DNA of 32,000 nt from Candidatus Electrothrix yaqonensis (lineage in GTDB: Bacteria; Desulfobacterota; Desulfobulbia; Desulfobulbales; Desulfobulbaceae). The notes under the pieces were generated by a model, which ran no database searches, was not told the DNA's origin, and worked only from the letters and a program-made list of their open reading frames with translations. The translations under genes were made by a program, and so were the position numbers. The stretch covers positions 420,001 to 452,000 of the forward strand of contig CP178758.1 in the NCBI GenBank assembly GCA_047651235.1, read 5' to 3'. Below are positions 16,807 through 25,554 of this stretch, one piece after another (positions within the stretch are counted from its first letter, which is position 1; each line of letters begins with the position of its first letter).

Positions 16807-17877
16807 TTATTTTTTTCCCTCCTCCTTCTGCGGTTCCACAGTCTCAGCTACAGGAGGCTCACCCGTCACCGGCAGGCCGTATCCTAATCGCACCTTGCGG
16901 TCGATCTCCAGCAGCATATCAGGATGCTCCTTGAGAAAGGTCTTGGCGTTTTCCCGGCCCTGGCCGATCCGCTCGTCATTATAGGAATACCAGGCCCCGC
17001 TTTTGTCGATGATCTCCTGGGCCACGCCCAGATCCAGCAGGTCGCCGGTCCTGGAGATCCCCTCACCGTAGATAATGTCAAATTCGGCAATCTTGAAGGG
17101 AGACGCCACCTTGTTTTTCACCACTTTGACCTTGGTGCGGTTGCCGATGACCTCCTGCCCGTCTTTGATCTGGGTCATGCGGCGGATATCAATGCGCAGG
17201 GAGCTGTAGAATTTCAGGGCATTACCGCCGGTGGTGGTCTCCGGATTGCCGAACATCACCCCGATTTTCATTCTGATCTGATTGATGAAGATCAGGACAG
17301 TGCTGGTCCGTTGGATCACGCTGGTGAACTTGCGCATGGCGTGGGACATGAGCCGGGCCTGCAGGCCCACATGCTGATCTCCCACATTGCCATCGATCTC
17401 CGCCCTTGGGACCAGGGCAGCCACCGAATCAATCACGATAACGTCCAGTCCGCCGCTGCGCATCAGCATTTCGCAGATTTCTAGGGCCTGTTCACCGAAA
17501 TCCGGTTGGGAAACCAGCAGATTATCCACATCCACGCCCAGTTTTTCTGCATAATCGACATCCAAGGCATGCTCCGCATCAATAAAGGCCGCATTGCCTC
17601 CGGCCCGCTGGGCCTCGGCGATGACGTGCAGGGCCAAGGTGGTTTTACCGGAGGATTCCGGACCGTAGATCTCGGTGACCCGGCCTCTGGGCAACCCGCC
17701 CACGCCCAAGGCGAGGTCAATTCCCAGGGTACCGGTGGAAATGGCCGGAATATTTTCCCGTTCATGCTCACCAAGGCGCATGATTGCGCCCTTGCCGAAC
17801 TGCCGCTCAATCTGGCTGATGGCATTGTCAACGCTTTTTCTCCTGCCTTCTGCCTGTTTATCCTGTGAAAGGGCCAT
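16807..17877 (-). CDS. recA: Recombinase RecA
   Basis: 356 aa. '[10 protein letters not shown]', Walker A '[12 protein letters not shown]', and '[28 protein letters not shown]'. Confidence 0.97.
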   Translation of the reverse strand: MALSQDKQAEGRRKSVDNAISQIERQFGKGAIMRLGEHERENIPAISTGTLGIDLALGVGGLPRGRVTEIYGPESSGKTTLALHVIAEAQRAGGNAAFIDAEHALDVDYAEKLGVDVDNLLVSQPDFGEQALEICEMLMRSGGLDVIVIDSVAALVPRAEIDGNVGDQHVGLQARLMSHAMRKFTSVIQRTSTVLIFINQIRMKIGVMFGNPETTTGGNALKFYSSLRIDIRRMTQIKDGQEVIGNRTKVKVVKNKVASPFKIAEFDIIYGEGISRTGDLLDLGVAQEIIDKSGAWYSYNDERIGQGRENAKTFLKEHPDMLLEIDRKVRLGYGLPVTGEPPVAETVEPQKEEGKK

Positions 17878-17972
17878 ACATTTCTCCCCTGATTCTCATC
17901 TCAAAATTTCATACCTTCGTCACCGTGCTTCCCGAAGTGCGGGTTAAGCCGATTGACTCTAAAATGCATACA

Positions 17973-18001
17973 AGTATACAGGAAGAAGACAGTACAGTCA
18001 A
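17973..18001 (-). promoter_or_regulatory. Sigma70-like promoter upstream of recA (TTGACT-N17-TATACT on the minus strand)
   Basis: -35 is the reverse complement of 17996-18001, and -10 is the reverse complement of 17973-17978, with a 17-nt spacer. It lies about 95 nt upstream of the recA ATG. Confidence 0.45.
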
Positions 18002-18186
18002 AGGTGCGGATTCTGCCGGGTGTGATTAAGGAGCGAGAATCAAATAACTGCGGAATTAAAGCTGTTTTGAAGAAACAGATACATAGCCCAATCGGAACAG
18101 ATAATCGTCAAATTTAATCTTCATGCTTTCTCTGAAAAATACCGGTCTCGGTACTGATGCTGCGTTCAGGCGAAAGACCTGCATAG

Positions 18187-19335
18187 TCAAACCAGTTCCG
18201 CCATAACTGTATTGGCCAGCAGCATCCCCTGCTCAGTGAGCTGCAGCCGACCCTGCGCGATCTGCAGCATGCTCCGGCGGATGAGGCGATGCAGGGTATC
18301 CCCGTAATAGGTCTCGGCGTTGATACCGAAACGGCTGACCAGCTCTGCCAGGGACACCCCATCAGTCATGCGCAGCCCCATAATGACCGTCTCCCGGAAG
18401 GCAGCTTCGTTATCTAGGCTCTCTTTTTCCTGCCGGACATCCTGCCCGCTCTCCACCAGTTCGCAGAAGCGCACCGCATCGGCAAGAGCTGTGCAGCGCG
18501 TACCGTTGAGAAAAGATACTGCCCCGGCTCCTATGCCGAGGTATTCACCGTTCTGCCAGTAATTGATATTATGCCGACATCGGCAGCCGGGGCGGGCATA
18601 GTTAGAAATTTCATAGCGCTTGAATCCGGCATCAATAGTCAGCCTCCGGGTCTGCTCCAGCATCAGCAGGACGGTGTCCTCATCCGGCAAGTCCAATCTG
18701 CCCTGTTCCTGTTTTTCGGCAAAAGAGGTTCCCGGCTCAATGGTCAGCTCGTAAATAGAGAGATGCTGCGGTCGCAAGGTCAGGGCCTGTTCCAGGGTGT
18801 TCCGCCAACTATGCAGATCCTGGCCGGGCAGTCCGTACATCAGGTCAAGGCTGAGGTTGCTGAAGCCTGCCTGCCGGGCCAGCCGGACGGTTCGGAGAGC
18901 ATCTGCTGCGGAATACGGACGGCCCAGCTGCTGCAGCTCCTGGTCATGAAGGGACTGTACTCCGACGGACAGGCGGTTGAATCCGGCCTGCCGGAGAATC
19001 TGCAGGGCAGCCAGATCAACTGTTGCCGGGTTGACCTCAATGGAGATTTCCATGTCGTTTGCACATGAAAAATGCTGCAGGCAATGGGCAAGCAGATTGC
19101 TCAGCAGCTCGGCAGGTAGCATGGTCGGGGTGCCGCCGCCGAAAAAAATGCTGGTCAGCGGCTGTCTCTCGGTGCCGCAGAGTGCGGCTGTCTGACGAAT
19201 CTGCCCGGCAACGGCCCGGACATATCTTTTGTACAGGTCAGCCCGGCCTGCAAGGGAATAAAAACTGCAGTAGGGGCATTTCCGCAGGCAGAACGGCACA
19301 TGCAGGTACAGGCCGAGATCGGGCGGTTCAGGCAA
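18187..19335 (-). CDS. hemW: Radical-SAM heme chaperone HemW (HemN-like, oxygen-independent coproporphyrinogen oxidase family)
   Basis: 'LYLHVPFCLRKCPYCSFY' radical-SAM motif plus a HemN_C-like C-terminus. The track's ATG 19395 overlaps radC by 68 nt. TTG 19335 overlaps the radC stop by only 8 nt and gives about 382 aa, typical for HemW. The start remains uncertain. Confidence 0.8.
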   Translation of the reverse strand: MPEPPDLGLYLHVPFCLRKCPYCSFYSLAGRADLYKRYVRAVAGQIRQTAALCGTERQPLTSIFFGGGTPTMLPAELLSNLLAHCLQHFSCANDMEISIEVNPATVDLAALQILRQAGFNRLSVGVQSLHDQELQQLGRPYSAADALRTVRLARQAGFSNLSLDLMYGLPGQDLHSWRNTLEQALTLRPQHLSIYELTIEPGTSFAEKQEQGRLDLPDEDTVLLMLEQTRRLTIDAGFKRYEISNYARPGCRCRHNINYWQNGEYLGIGAGAVSFLNGTRCTALADAVRFCELVESGQDVRQEKESLDNEAAFRETVIMGLRMTDGVSLAELVSRFGINAETYYGDTLHRLIRRSMLQIAQGRLQLTEQGMLLANTVMAELV

Positions 19336-20068
19336 GGCGGGACCGGATGTCGGCGCAGTCCTGACGCACAGCAGCCATATGGCCGTGATCGGCAAAGCTG
19401 TACACGGTTTCCCCGGCCCCGATGATCAGGTGATCCAGCAGGGTGATGTTCATGAACGAGCACATCAGGTACAGGGTGCGGGTCAGCTGTTCATCCTGAG
19501 CCGAAGGCTGCAGGCTGCCTGACGGGTGGTTATGGGCGACCACCAGAGATGCGGCATTGCGGGCCAAGGCAGCTTTGAGCAGTTCGCGGGGATAGACGGT
19601 GTTCACGTTGATGGTGCCCTCGGAAAGAATTTCGCTGTCAATCACCGCATGGGCTGCATCCAGATAGACCACCATGAAGACCTCATGCCGGAGACCGCGC
19701 AGGGCATGGATGAGGTAGTCGGCCACATCTTTGGATGAGGTGATGTAGTTCTTTTTCTGAATCCGCTGGCGCAGATAGCGGCGGGCCACGCCCTGGACAA
19801 ACTGGAGGGCAAAGATATTTTTCGGCCCCATGCCCTTAATTTTTTTCAGCACATCCGGATGGGCATCCAGCACTTCGGGCAGAGCGCCGAACCTCTCCAG
19901 CGCATCCCGTGCAGCCTGTTTGCAGTCAGCACGAGGCGTACCAAAGGTCAGGAGCAGCTCAATGGCTTCGGTGTCGGACAGGGCCTCAATCCCCTTTTCC
20001 TGAAATTTATCGCGCAGCCGCTGACGATGGCCGATGCCTTTTTTCGGAGGAGTATCTGCCGGAGTCAT
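19328..20068 (-). CDS. radC: RadC-family JAB/MPN-domain protein
   Basis: 246 aa. Helix-hairpin-helix N-terminus 'IELLLTFGT...GMGPKNIFAL' and JAB motif 'SLVVAHNHPSG'. Confidence 0.88.
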   Translation of the reverse strand: MTPADTPPKKGIGHRQRLRDKFQEKGIEALSDTEAIELLLTFGTPRADCKQAARDALERFGALPEVLDAHPDVLKKIKGMGPKNIFALQFVQGVARRYLRQRIQKKNYITSSKDVADYLIHALRGLRHEVFMVVYLDAAHAVIDSEILSEGTINVNTVYPRELLKAALARNAASLVVAHNHPSGSLQPSAQDEQLTRTLYLMCSFMNITLLDHLIIGAGETVYSFADHGHMAAVRQDCADIRSRLA

Positions 20069-20084
20069 GGCTCCTGGTTTCTGT

Positions 20085-21770
20085 TCAGGCTCTGGTCAGA
20101 TGGCGGTACCGGATGCGGTGGGGCTGGTCCGCTGCCGCGCCCATCCGTTTCCGGTAATCCTGCTCATACTCGGAATAATTGCCCTCAAACCAGACCACCT
20201 GCGAGTCGCCTTCAAAGGCCATGATATGGGTGGCAATGCGGTCCAGGAACCAGCGGTCATGGCTGATGATCACGGCGCAGCCGCCGTAGTTCTCCAGAGC
20301 CTCTTCCAGGGCGCGCAGGGTGTTCACATCCAGATCATTGGTCGGCTCATCCAGGAGCAGGACATTGCCGCCTTCCTTCAGCATCATAGCGAGATGGACC
20401 CGGTTGCGCTGGCCGCCGGAAATTTCCGAAATTTTGTTCTGCTGGGCAGAGCCGCTGAAGTTGAACTTGGCCACGTAGGCCCGTGCATTGACCTCCTGGG
20501 TGCCGAGCCAGATGGTTTCCTGCCCCTCGGAAATCGTCTCAAAGATGGTTTTATTCGAAGCAAGGGCATCCCGTTCCTGATCTACATAGCAGAGCTTCAC
20601 GGTCTCCCCCATACGGATGCTCCCTTCATCCGGCTCCTCCTGACCGGTGATCATCCGGAACAGGGTGGTTTTACCTGCGCCGTTGGGCCCGACTACTCCG
20701 ACAATACCGCCCGGGGGCAGGGAAAAGGAAAGCTCCTCCACCAGAATGCGGTCACCGTAGCTCTTGCAGATGCCCTGGCCTTCGATAACCAGTTTGCCGA
20801 GCCGGGGGCCAGGCGGAATATAAATTTCCATCCCTTTCAGCCGCTCGCCGGTATCCTGATTGAGCAGCTCCTCATACTGGCTGATGCGGGCCTTGGCCTT
20901 GGAACGCCGTCCCTTGGGACTCATGCGGATCCATTCCAGCTCCCGCTGCAGAGTGCGCTGCCGTTCACTCTCTTTTTTCTCCTCTACAGCCAGCCGTTTC
21001 TGTTTCTGGTCCAGCCAGGAGGAGTAATTGCCCTTCCAGGGAATACCGCGTCCTCGGTCAAGTTCCAGAATCCAGCCTGCCACATTGTCGAGAAAATAGC
21101 GATCATGGGTGACGGCAATCACGGTGCCGCTGTACTGCTGGAGATGGTGCTCCAGCCAGGCCACGGACTCGGCGTCCAAATGGTTGGTCGGCTCATCCAG
21201 CAGCAGGATATCCGGCTTTTTGAGCAGGATACGGCAGAGCGCGACCCGGCGTTTCTCGCCGCCGGACAGCACTCCGATCCTGGTTTCAGCAGGCGGGCAG
21301 CGCAGAGCATCCATCGCCATTTCCAGCCTGCTGTCCAGATTCCAGGCATCAACCGCATCCAGCCTGTCCTGCACCTCTCCCTGGCGCTCAATCAGGGCCT
21401 GCATGGCATCATCATCCATGGGCTCGGCAAACTGTTCATTGATCCGGTTATACTCTTCCAGAAGATCAACTGTGTCCTGCACTCCCTGCTCGACAATCTC
21501 CCGTACAGTCTTTTCCGGGTCAAGCTGCGGTTCCTGTTCCAGCAGGTCCACGGTAAACCCCTCAGAAAGAATGCTTTCTCCATCAAATTCGGTATCCTTA
21601 CCGGCAAGAATCCGCAGCAGGGTACTCTTGCCAGACCCGTTCAGGCCCAGCACTCCGATTTTGGCGCCGTAGAAATAGGAAAGGGAGATATCCTTGATGA
21701 CCACCTGATCCTTGTACTTTTTACTGACTTTGATCATCGAATAGATGATCTTGTTCGCTTCGTTTGCCAT
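20085..21770 (-). CDS. ettA: ABC-F ATPase, energy-dependent translational throttle EttA
   Basis: 561 aa with two cassettes: 'GLNGSGKST' with '[11 protein letters not shown]', and 'GPNGAGKTT' with '[11 protein letters not shown]'. N-terminus is '[12 protein letters not shown]'. Confidence 0.9.
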   Translation of the reverse strand: MANEANKIIYSMIKVSKKYKDQVVIKDISLSYFYGAKIGVLGLNGSGKSTLLRILAGKDTEFDGESILSEGFTVDLLEQEPQLDPEKTVREIVEQGVQDTVDLLEEYNRINEQFAEPMDDDAMQALIERQGEVQDRLDAVDAWNLDSRLEMAMDALRCPPAETRIGVLSGGEKRRVALCRILLKKPDILLLDEPTNHLDAESVAWLEHHLQQYSGTVIAVTHDRYFLDNVAGWILELDRGRGIPWKGNYSSWLDQKQKRLAVEEKKESERQRTLQRELEWIRMSPKGRRSKAKARISQYEELLNQDTGERLKGMEIYIPPGPRLGKLVIEGQGICKSYGDRILVEELSFSLPPGGIVGVVGPNGAGKTTLFRMITGQEEPDEGSIRMGETVKLCYVDQERDALASNKTIFETISEGQETIWLGTQEVNARAYVAKFNFSGSAQQNKISEISGGQRNRVHLAMMLKEGGNVLLLDEPTNDLDVNTLRALEEALENYGGCAVIISHDRWFLDRIATHIMAFEGDSQVVWFEGNYSEYEQDYRKRMGAAADQPHRIRYRHLTRA

Positions 21771-22164
21771 TATTTTCCCGTTGTTCTCTGCAGAATTGAT
21801 ATCCCATCCTCCGGCAGCTGTACTGATCGATCTATACTAATCGCATCACTGTCGAAGTTTTTCTGTTTTTTCTGTGATTGTGAAGGTTGCGAAACCGGAA
21901 CAGATACCCTGCTATCTTTTATTTTTATATTTTTATAAAAGTCGCTGCGGAAATCCATCAACCATAAACCGCTTTTCTGCAAGAGTCCGGCCTGTCTCCG
22001 CCATCAGGGAACAGTAATAACAACTCTGCCCTGTGAAGTAAAGAGCATTTCATTTGCGGGCGCGGGCGGGTATGACGCAGTCGAACAATGCCCGGGAAAA
22101 ATCGTGCGGACTTCGTGGGAAGAACAGAAGCTATTGGCAGGTGGAGGGTCAAATCAGTTGATCT

Positions 22165-22344
22165 ATGTTTTTTTCCGGTATATTGTTCCGTTATTTGAAA
22201 CAGTATATCGAAATCAGATGTCGGTACTGCGGAGCCGATGATTTTGTGAAGAACGGACGGAGCGAAAACGGAACACAGCGTTACCGTTGTAATGAATGCG
22301 GAAAAAGTTTCCGTCTTTCGGATAACCCTTTCTTATACCGATGA
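22165..22344 (+). pseudogene. IS1-family transposase N-terminal zinc-ribbon fragment (59 codons), apparently from an internally deleted copy
   Basis: My own translation: 'MFFSGILFRYLKQYIEIRCRYCGADDFVKNGRSENGTQRYRCNECGKSFRLSDNPFLYR*'. The C-x2-C...VKNG...QRY-x-C-x2-C-x-K-S-F pattern matches IS1 InsA. It falls below the track's size cut-off and is followed directly by an IS-end-like sequence. Confidence 0.6.
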
Positions 22345-22353
22345 TCGGTACAT

Positions 22354-22476
22354 TGTCATATATAGCAGTTTCAATTTGAGTGACAATCAATATTTGATTT
22401 TATAGCCATCTATAATCAATAGGTTATCAACCTACAATTGATACTCATTCAAGCTGAAATCGCTATATCCTGTCAT
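22354..22476. repeat. ~125-bp imperfect palindrome formed by two IS1-type terminal sequences facing each other
   Basis: Arms 22360-22391 and 22437-22468 are reverse complements at 25/32 positions by hand alignment. The 45-bp centre holds further sub-palindromes (TGATTTTATAG..CTATAATCA and ATCAATAGGTT..AACCTACAATTGAT). Confidence 0.75.
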
Positions 22477-22650
22477 CTTTTGAGAAACAGATCGTTTTGC
22501 GGTTCAGGCACTTGAGATGCATTCTGAATTTGAGATTTCTCCTCTCTATTTTCCAGGTGTCCGCTTTTCCGAAAATATGTTTCGAGGCCGGAAAGTATTT
22601 CCTGCAGATGTCATCGGAATAGAGTTGTTCCTGAACAACCTCAGCTCCCC
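22463..22650 (-). pseudogene. IS1-family transposase C-terminal fragment
   Basis: The minus strand reads '...WGAEVVQEQLYSDDICRKYFPASKHIFGKADTWKIERRNLKFRMHLKCLNRKTICFSKDDRI*'. The 'IER.N...R..L..L.RKT.CFSK' motif is the IS1 (DDE_Tnp_IS1) C-terminal signature. No upstream DDE core remains; the frame closes near 22690. Confidence 0.65.
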
Positions 22651-23046
22651 AAAAACAACTGCTTAGGAAATGAAAAATGGGCCTGCAAACTTATATGGGA
22701 ACGACTCTAATATACATCAGTCAATCAGCTATTATTTTGAGAGTGGTCGGTATTCGGAAAGTGCCCGGAATGTGCCTGATCAACGGATTTGACCCACCAC
22801 CCAATGCTGATGCTGACACCGGCTTTCAACTCCTAATTCGCATTGAAAGTACAACACTATAATCACCCCGGCTTTTGCTGGTGGTAAATCGACCGGAAAA
22901 TTTTTCCAGGCCGTAATTACTTATATTTACCTTGTATTGCTGCCAAACCGGACCGTCTAATTGTGCCTTTCTTCCTTGACAAATGAGGATAGCTAAAATA
23001 TTACTATTTATTAGTATCCTTAACGTATTCGCAGAGAGGACTGCCT

Positions 23047-23232
23047 ATGCCCGAACAATCTCTGATCGAACAACTTGCCGCATTACTGAACGTAGAAATT
23101 GTTTCTCCGCTGGAGGGCAATGAGGCTCGAAGTCTATGCAAGATTTGTACTGGAATAATATTGTATATTTATTTCGTAGTAGAAAACCACCCCCTCTGGG
23201 GGTGGTCAGAGTTCAACGGCTTTGCCGGTTGA
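23047..23232 (+). CDS. Hypothetical small ORF whose 3' part reads into the IS200 left end (possibly a truncated gene)
   Basis: TTGACA (22976-22981)-N17-TATTAC promoter-like sequence, with GAGAGGA 6 nt before the ATG. No recognisable family. The ORF runs through the IS200 left-end hairpins. Confidence 0.2.
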   Translation: MPEQSLIEQLAALLNVEIVSPLEGNEARSLCKICTGIILYIYFVVENHPLWGWSEFNGFAG

Positions 23233-23827
23233 ACCTCAAAAGCTCATAATAAGCTCCATGACGTGTTGTCCCCACAACAATATCAGGAGCAAATTATGAG
23301 TCGATTTAAAAAACTATCACATACAATTTGGCATTGCCAGTACCATATCGTCTGGGTTCCCAAGTATCGATTAAGAATACTTGAGGGTGAAGTCGGACAG
23401 GAGGTGTTCAATTGTACCTGCGCATTCAGCGAGCAGAAAAAGTGTGAAGTGATTGAGCTGAATGTTCAAAAAGATCATGTTCATATTATCGTGATGATTC
23501 CTCCGAAACTGTCGATTTCGGATTATATGGGCATCATTAAAGGCAGAACCGCGATTCGTGTATTCAACAAGTTTCGCAAATTGAAGAAAAAACCGTACTG
23601 GGGTAATCGTTTTTGGGCACGCGGCTATTGTGTCGATACTGTAGGTTTAGGCGCTGAGAAAATACGTCGCTACGTAAAGTATCAGGAAGAAAAAGAACGC
23701 CAAGCCGAACGTAACCAACTACGGTTATTCTAATTAAATCGGGGACAACACCTCGCCCCCTCTGGGGGCAAGAGGCATCCTTATCCCCTTTTAGGGGTAA
23801 ACCCAATACCACCCCCTTTGGGGGTGG
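23187..23827 (+). mobile_element. IS200-type (IS200/IS605 family, tnpA-only) insertion sequence; minimal extent defined by subterminal hairpins
   Basis: Left hairpins: CCACCCCCtctGGGGGTGG (23187-23205) and GTTCAACGGCtttGCCgGTTGAAC (23211-23234). Right hairpins: GCCCCCtctGGGGGC (23755-23769), a TTATCCC..GGGGTAA stem (~23781-23800), and CCACCCCCtttGGGGGTGG (23809-23827). An 11-bp perfect inverted repeat, GTGTTGTCCCC (23263-23273) / GGGGACAACAC (23741-23751), brackets tnpA. Confidence 0.8.
23296..23733 (+). CDS. tnpA: IS200/IS605-family Y1 (HUH) transposase TnpA
   Basis: 'WHCQYHIVWVPKYR', HUH motif 'KDHVHIIVMIPP', 'NRFWARGYCVDTVG', and the catalytic Tyr region 'IRRYVKYQEE'. Start set at ATG 23296 (AGGAG 7 nt upstream) rather than the track's 23263. 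Confidence 0.9.
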   Translation: MSRFKKLSHTIWHCQYHIVWVPKYRLRILEGEVGQEVFNCTCAFSEQKKCEVIELNVQKDHVHIIVMIPPKLSISDYMGIIKGRTAIRVFNKFRKLKKKPYWGNRFWARGYCVDTVGLGAEKIRRYVKYQEEKERQAERNQLRLF

Positions 23828-25011
23828 ATTATTTATGTGGTTTCCTTGCTGTCATAATGCTGACAGCCGCCAGCGGGGAAGCTCAGTTATTGGACAAGGT
23901 GTCGGTGCATGGCTTCGGCGGCTGGGTGTACGGAAAGACAGATAATGAAAATGAATTTTACGGAGATAAATATTACGGAGACTGGGATACTGACGAAACT
24001 GTAGAGAACTTTAACTTTTTTTTAAATATTCGTACTGAGATAACTGAAGACCTGACAGTATATCTGCAGCCCGGTTTTATCAGTACCGATGAAGAGAGGG
24101 AGACCAAAATAGATTACGCCTTTGTTGAATGGTATCTTTCTGATTTGGTGACTTATCGTGCCGGTAAGATCAGAGTGCCGTTCATGCTGTTTAATGAAAT
24201 TTATGGCGTCGGAACAGTCCGGCCTTTTTTGTTTCTCCCCCAAGGAATATACAATCCCCGTATCCAGATACCAGAATATTATCAAGGGGCCGGGATGAGA
24301 GGGGATTTTTTTGACAATTATTCATGTTGCTGTAACTGGCAGTTATCCTATGACATCTTCGGAGGATCTACATTTCTGTATGAGAGCAACGACGTATATA
24401 ACGTGACCGACATTGAGCGGTATTCAATTAAAGGCATGCTGGGCGGCAGACTGGTACTTCATCCCCCGGTCGATAGACTGCAGCTCAGTCTTTCTTCCTA
24501 TACTGGAGAACAGGAAGCACGCCGAAATGATGGGGGAGTGATCACAGAATTTGAATTCGGTACAGCATTATTTATAGGAGGATCAATAGAATATCTTAAC
24601 GACAAATGGAACCTCCGGAGTGAATATATGGTAGCTGAGCGTGACGAAAATCAAATCGGCGGGGTTGGGGACGCAGAGTACACAAGTTGGTATGCTGAAG
24701 CAGCGTACCGACTGACGGAACACTGGCAGCTGGCAGCCCGTTACGAGGAGATTGAGAATCCGGACAATAATCCCTATCCCTGTGAGGACAAAAGACTGTC
24801 CTCTGATCATACGCTCAAAAAAAGCACGGAGTGGACTATAGGGCTGAACTATTGGGTTTCCCCGAACTTGGTGGTGAAATGTTCGACAACCTTTATTCGG
24901 GACAACGAGAATGCCCGGCCGACCAGCTGGATTAATATAAGAAATCCGCAGGAATATCCTTTTGAAGAAGAAACCGTACTGACACTGATTGGTGTACAGT
25001 TCAGTTTTTGA
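23818..25011 (+). CDS. Outer-membrane beta-barrel porin (phosphate-selective porin O/P-like); 5' end abuts or overlaps the IS200 right end
   Basis: 397-aa ORF with alternating beta-strand pattern. 'IDYAFVEWYLSDLVTYRAGKIRVPFML' resembles the Porin_O_P core, and the C-terminal 'IGVQFSF' ends in Phe, as in OMP signatures. The N-terminus 'GVDYLCGFLAVIMLTAASGEAQ' looks like the hydrophobic core of a signal peptide lacking its charged N-region. The only available start (TTG 23818 or GTG 23824) lies inside the IS hairpin. Confidence 0.6.
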   Translation: MGVDYLCGFLAVIMLTAASGEAQLLDKVSVHGFGGWVYGKTDNENEFYGDKYYGDWDTDETVENFNFFLNIRTEITEDLTVYLQPGFISTDEERETKIDYAFVEWYLSDLVTYRAGKIRVPFMLFNEIYGVGTVRPFLFLPQGIYNPRIQIPEYYQGAGMRGDFFDNYSCCCNWQLSYDIFGGSTFLYESNDVYNVTDIERYSIKGMLGGRLVLHPPVDRLQLSLSSYTGEQEARRNDGGVITEFEFGTALFIGGSIEYLNDKWNLRSEYMVAERDENQIGGVGDAEYTSWYAEAAYRLTEHWQLAARYEEIENPDNNPYPCEDKRLSSDHTLKKSTEWTIGLNYWVSPNLVVKCSTTFIRDNENARPTSWINIRNPQEYPFEEETVLTLIGVQFSF

Positions 25012-25063
25012 CAGTTTGTGAAGAAAAAACATATTTATTTCTTGTAGTTCATGAGGAGGAACT

Positions 25064-25540
25064 ATGAAATATCAAAAGTACCTTACCATTTTTATCCTGC
25101 TGTCCGGGCTGTTCGGATCTGCCTGTCCGGCTGTTGCGGAAAAAGCGTTGCAGTTTATTGTCAATTACGCTAATCCCAACGAGAGTATTGCACTGCAAAA
25201 TATGAAGAAAATGTTTATAGGGAGAGGTAGAACTTGGCCGAAGTCCAAGAAAAAAGTTGCCCTTGTGGATCTGCCTGATGATTCTCCGATCAGAAAGGAG
25301 TTTTCAGAGAAGGTTCTGGGCAGATCGGTCGCACAGATGGAAATCCATTGGCAGAAGCGGATTTTCGCAGCAAGAGGGAGGGCTCCTAAGAAAATGGCCA
25401 ATGAACAGGAGGCGATTAAGTATATGGCCAAGAAATCGGGAGGACTTGGTTATCTTGCCGGAAAGACCGAAACAAGTGAACCGGACATCAAGGAGCTGGA
25501 TGTAGAATCAATACCTTGTCCGGATGATATCAACTGGTAG
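25064..25540 (+). CDS. Small secreted PstS/PBP-like-fold protein
   Basis: 158 aa. Signal peptide 'LLSGLFGSACPAVA', and GAGGAGGA before the ATG. 'IALQNMKKMFIGRGRTWP...VALVDLPDDSPIRKEFSEKVLG...EQEAIKYMAKKSGGLGYL' follows the pattern of short phosphate-binding-protein-like domains. Confidence 0.5.
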   Translation: MKYQKYLTIFILLSGLFGSACPAVAEKALQFIVNYANPNESIALQNMKKMFIGRGRTWPKSKKKVALVDLPDDSPIRKEFSEKVLGRSVAQMEIHWQKRIFAARGRAPKKMANEQEAIKYMAKKSGGLGYLAGKTETSEPDIKELDVESIPCPDDINW

Positions 25541-25554
25541 GTAAAGGTGAAGGT

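Noticed and set aside
17964-17981. Possible LexA/SOS box overlapping the recA promoter (minus strand CTGTATACTTGTATGCAT)
   Set aside because: Only the left CTGT half matches the CTGT-N8-ACAG pattern; the right half reads ATGC. I also found no match to the alternative LexA motifs I recall for Deltaproteobacteria. Support is insufficient.
20034-21938. 634-aa + strand ORF
   Set aside because: It is antisense to the unambiguous ABC-F gene ettA. It has no recognisable motifs and is a shadow ORF.
21958-22152. 64-aa minus-strand ORF upstream of ettA
   Set aside because: It has no motifs, an odd composition and no translation signals, so I treat the region as non-coding.
22677-22862. 61-aa + strand ORF in the IS debris region
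   Set aside because: It has no ribosome-binding site or family resemblance and lies next to the IS1 fragment on the other strand. It is probably spurious.
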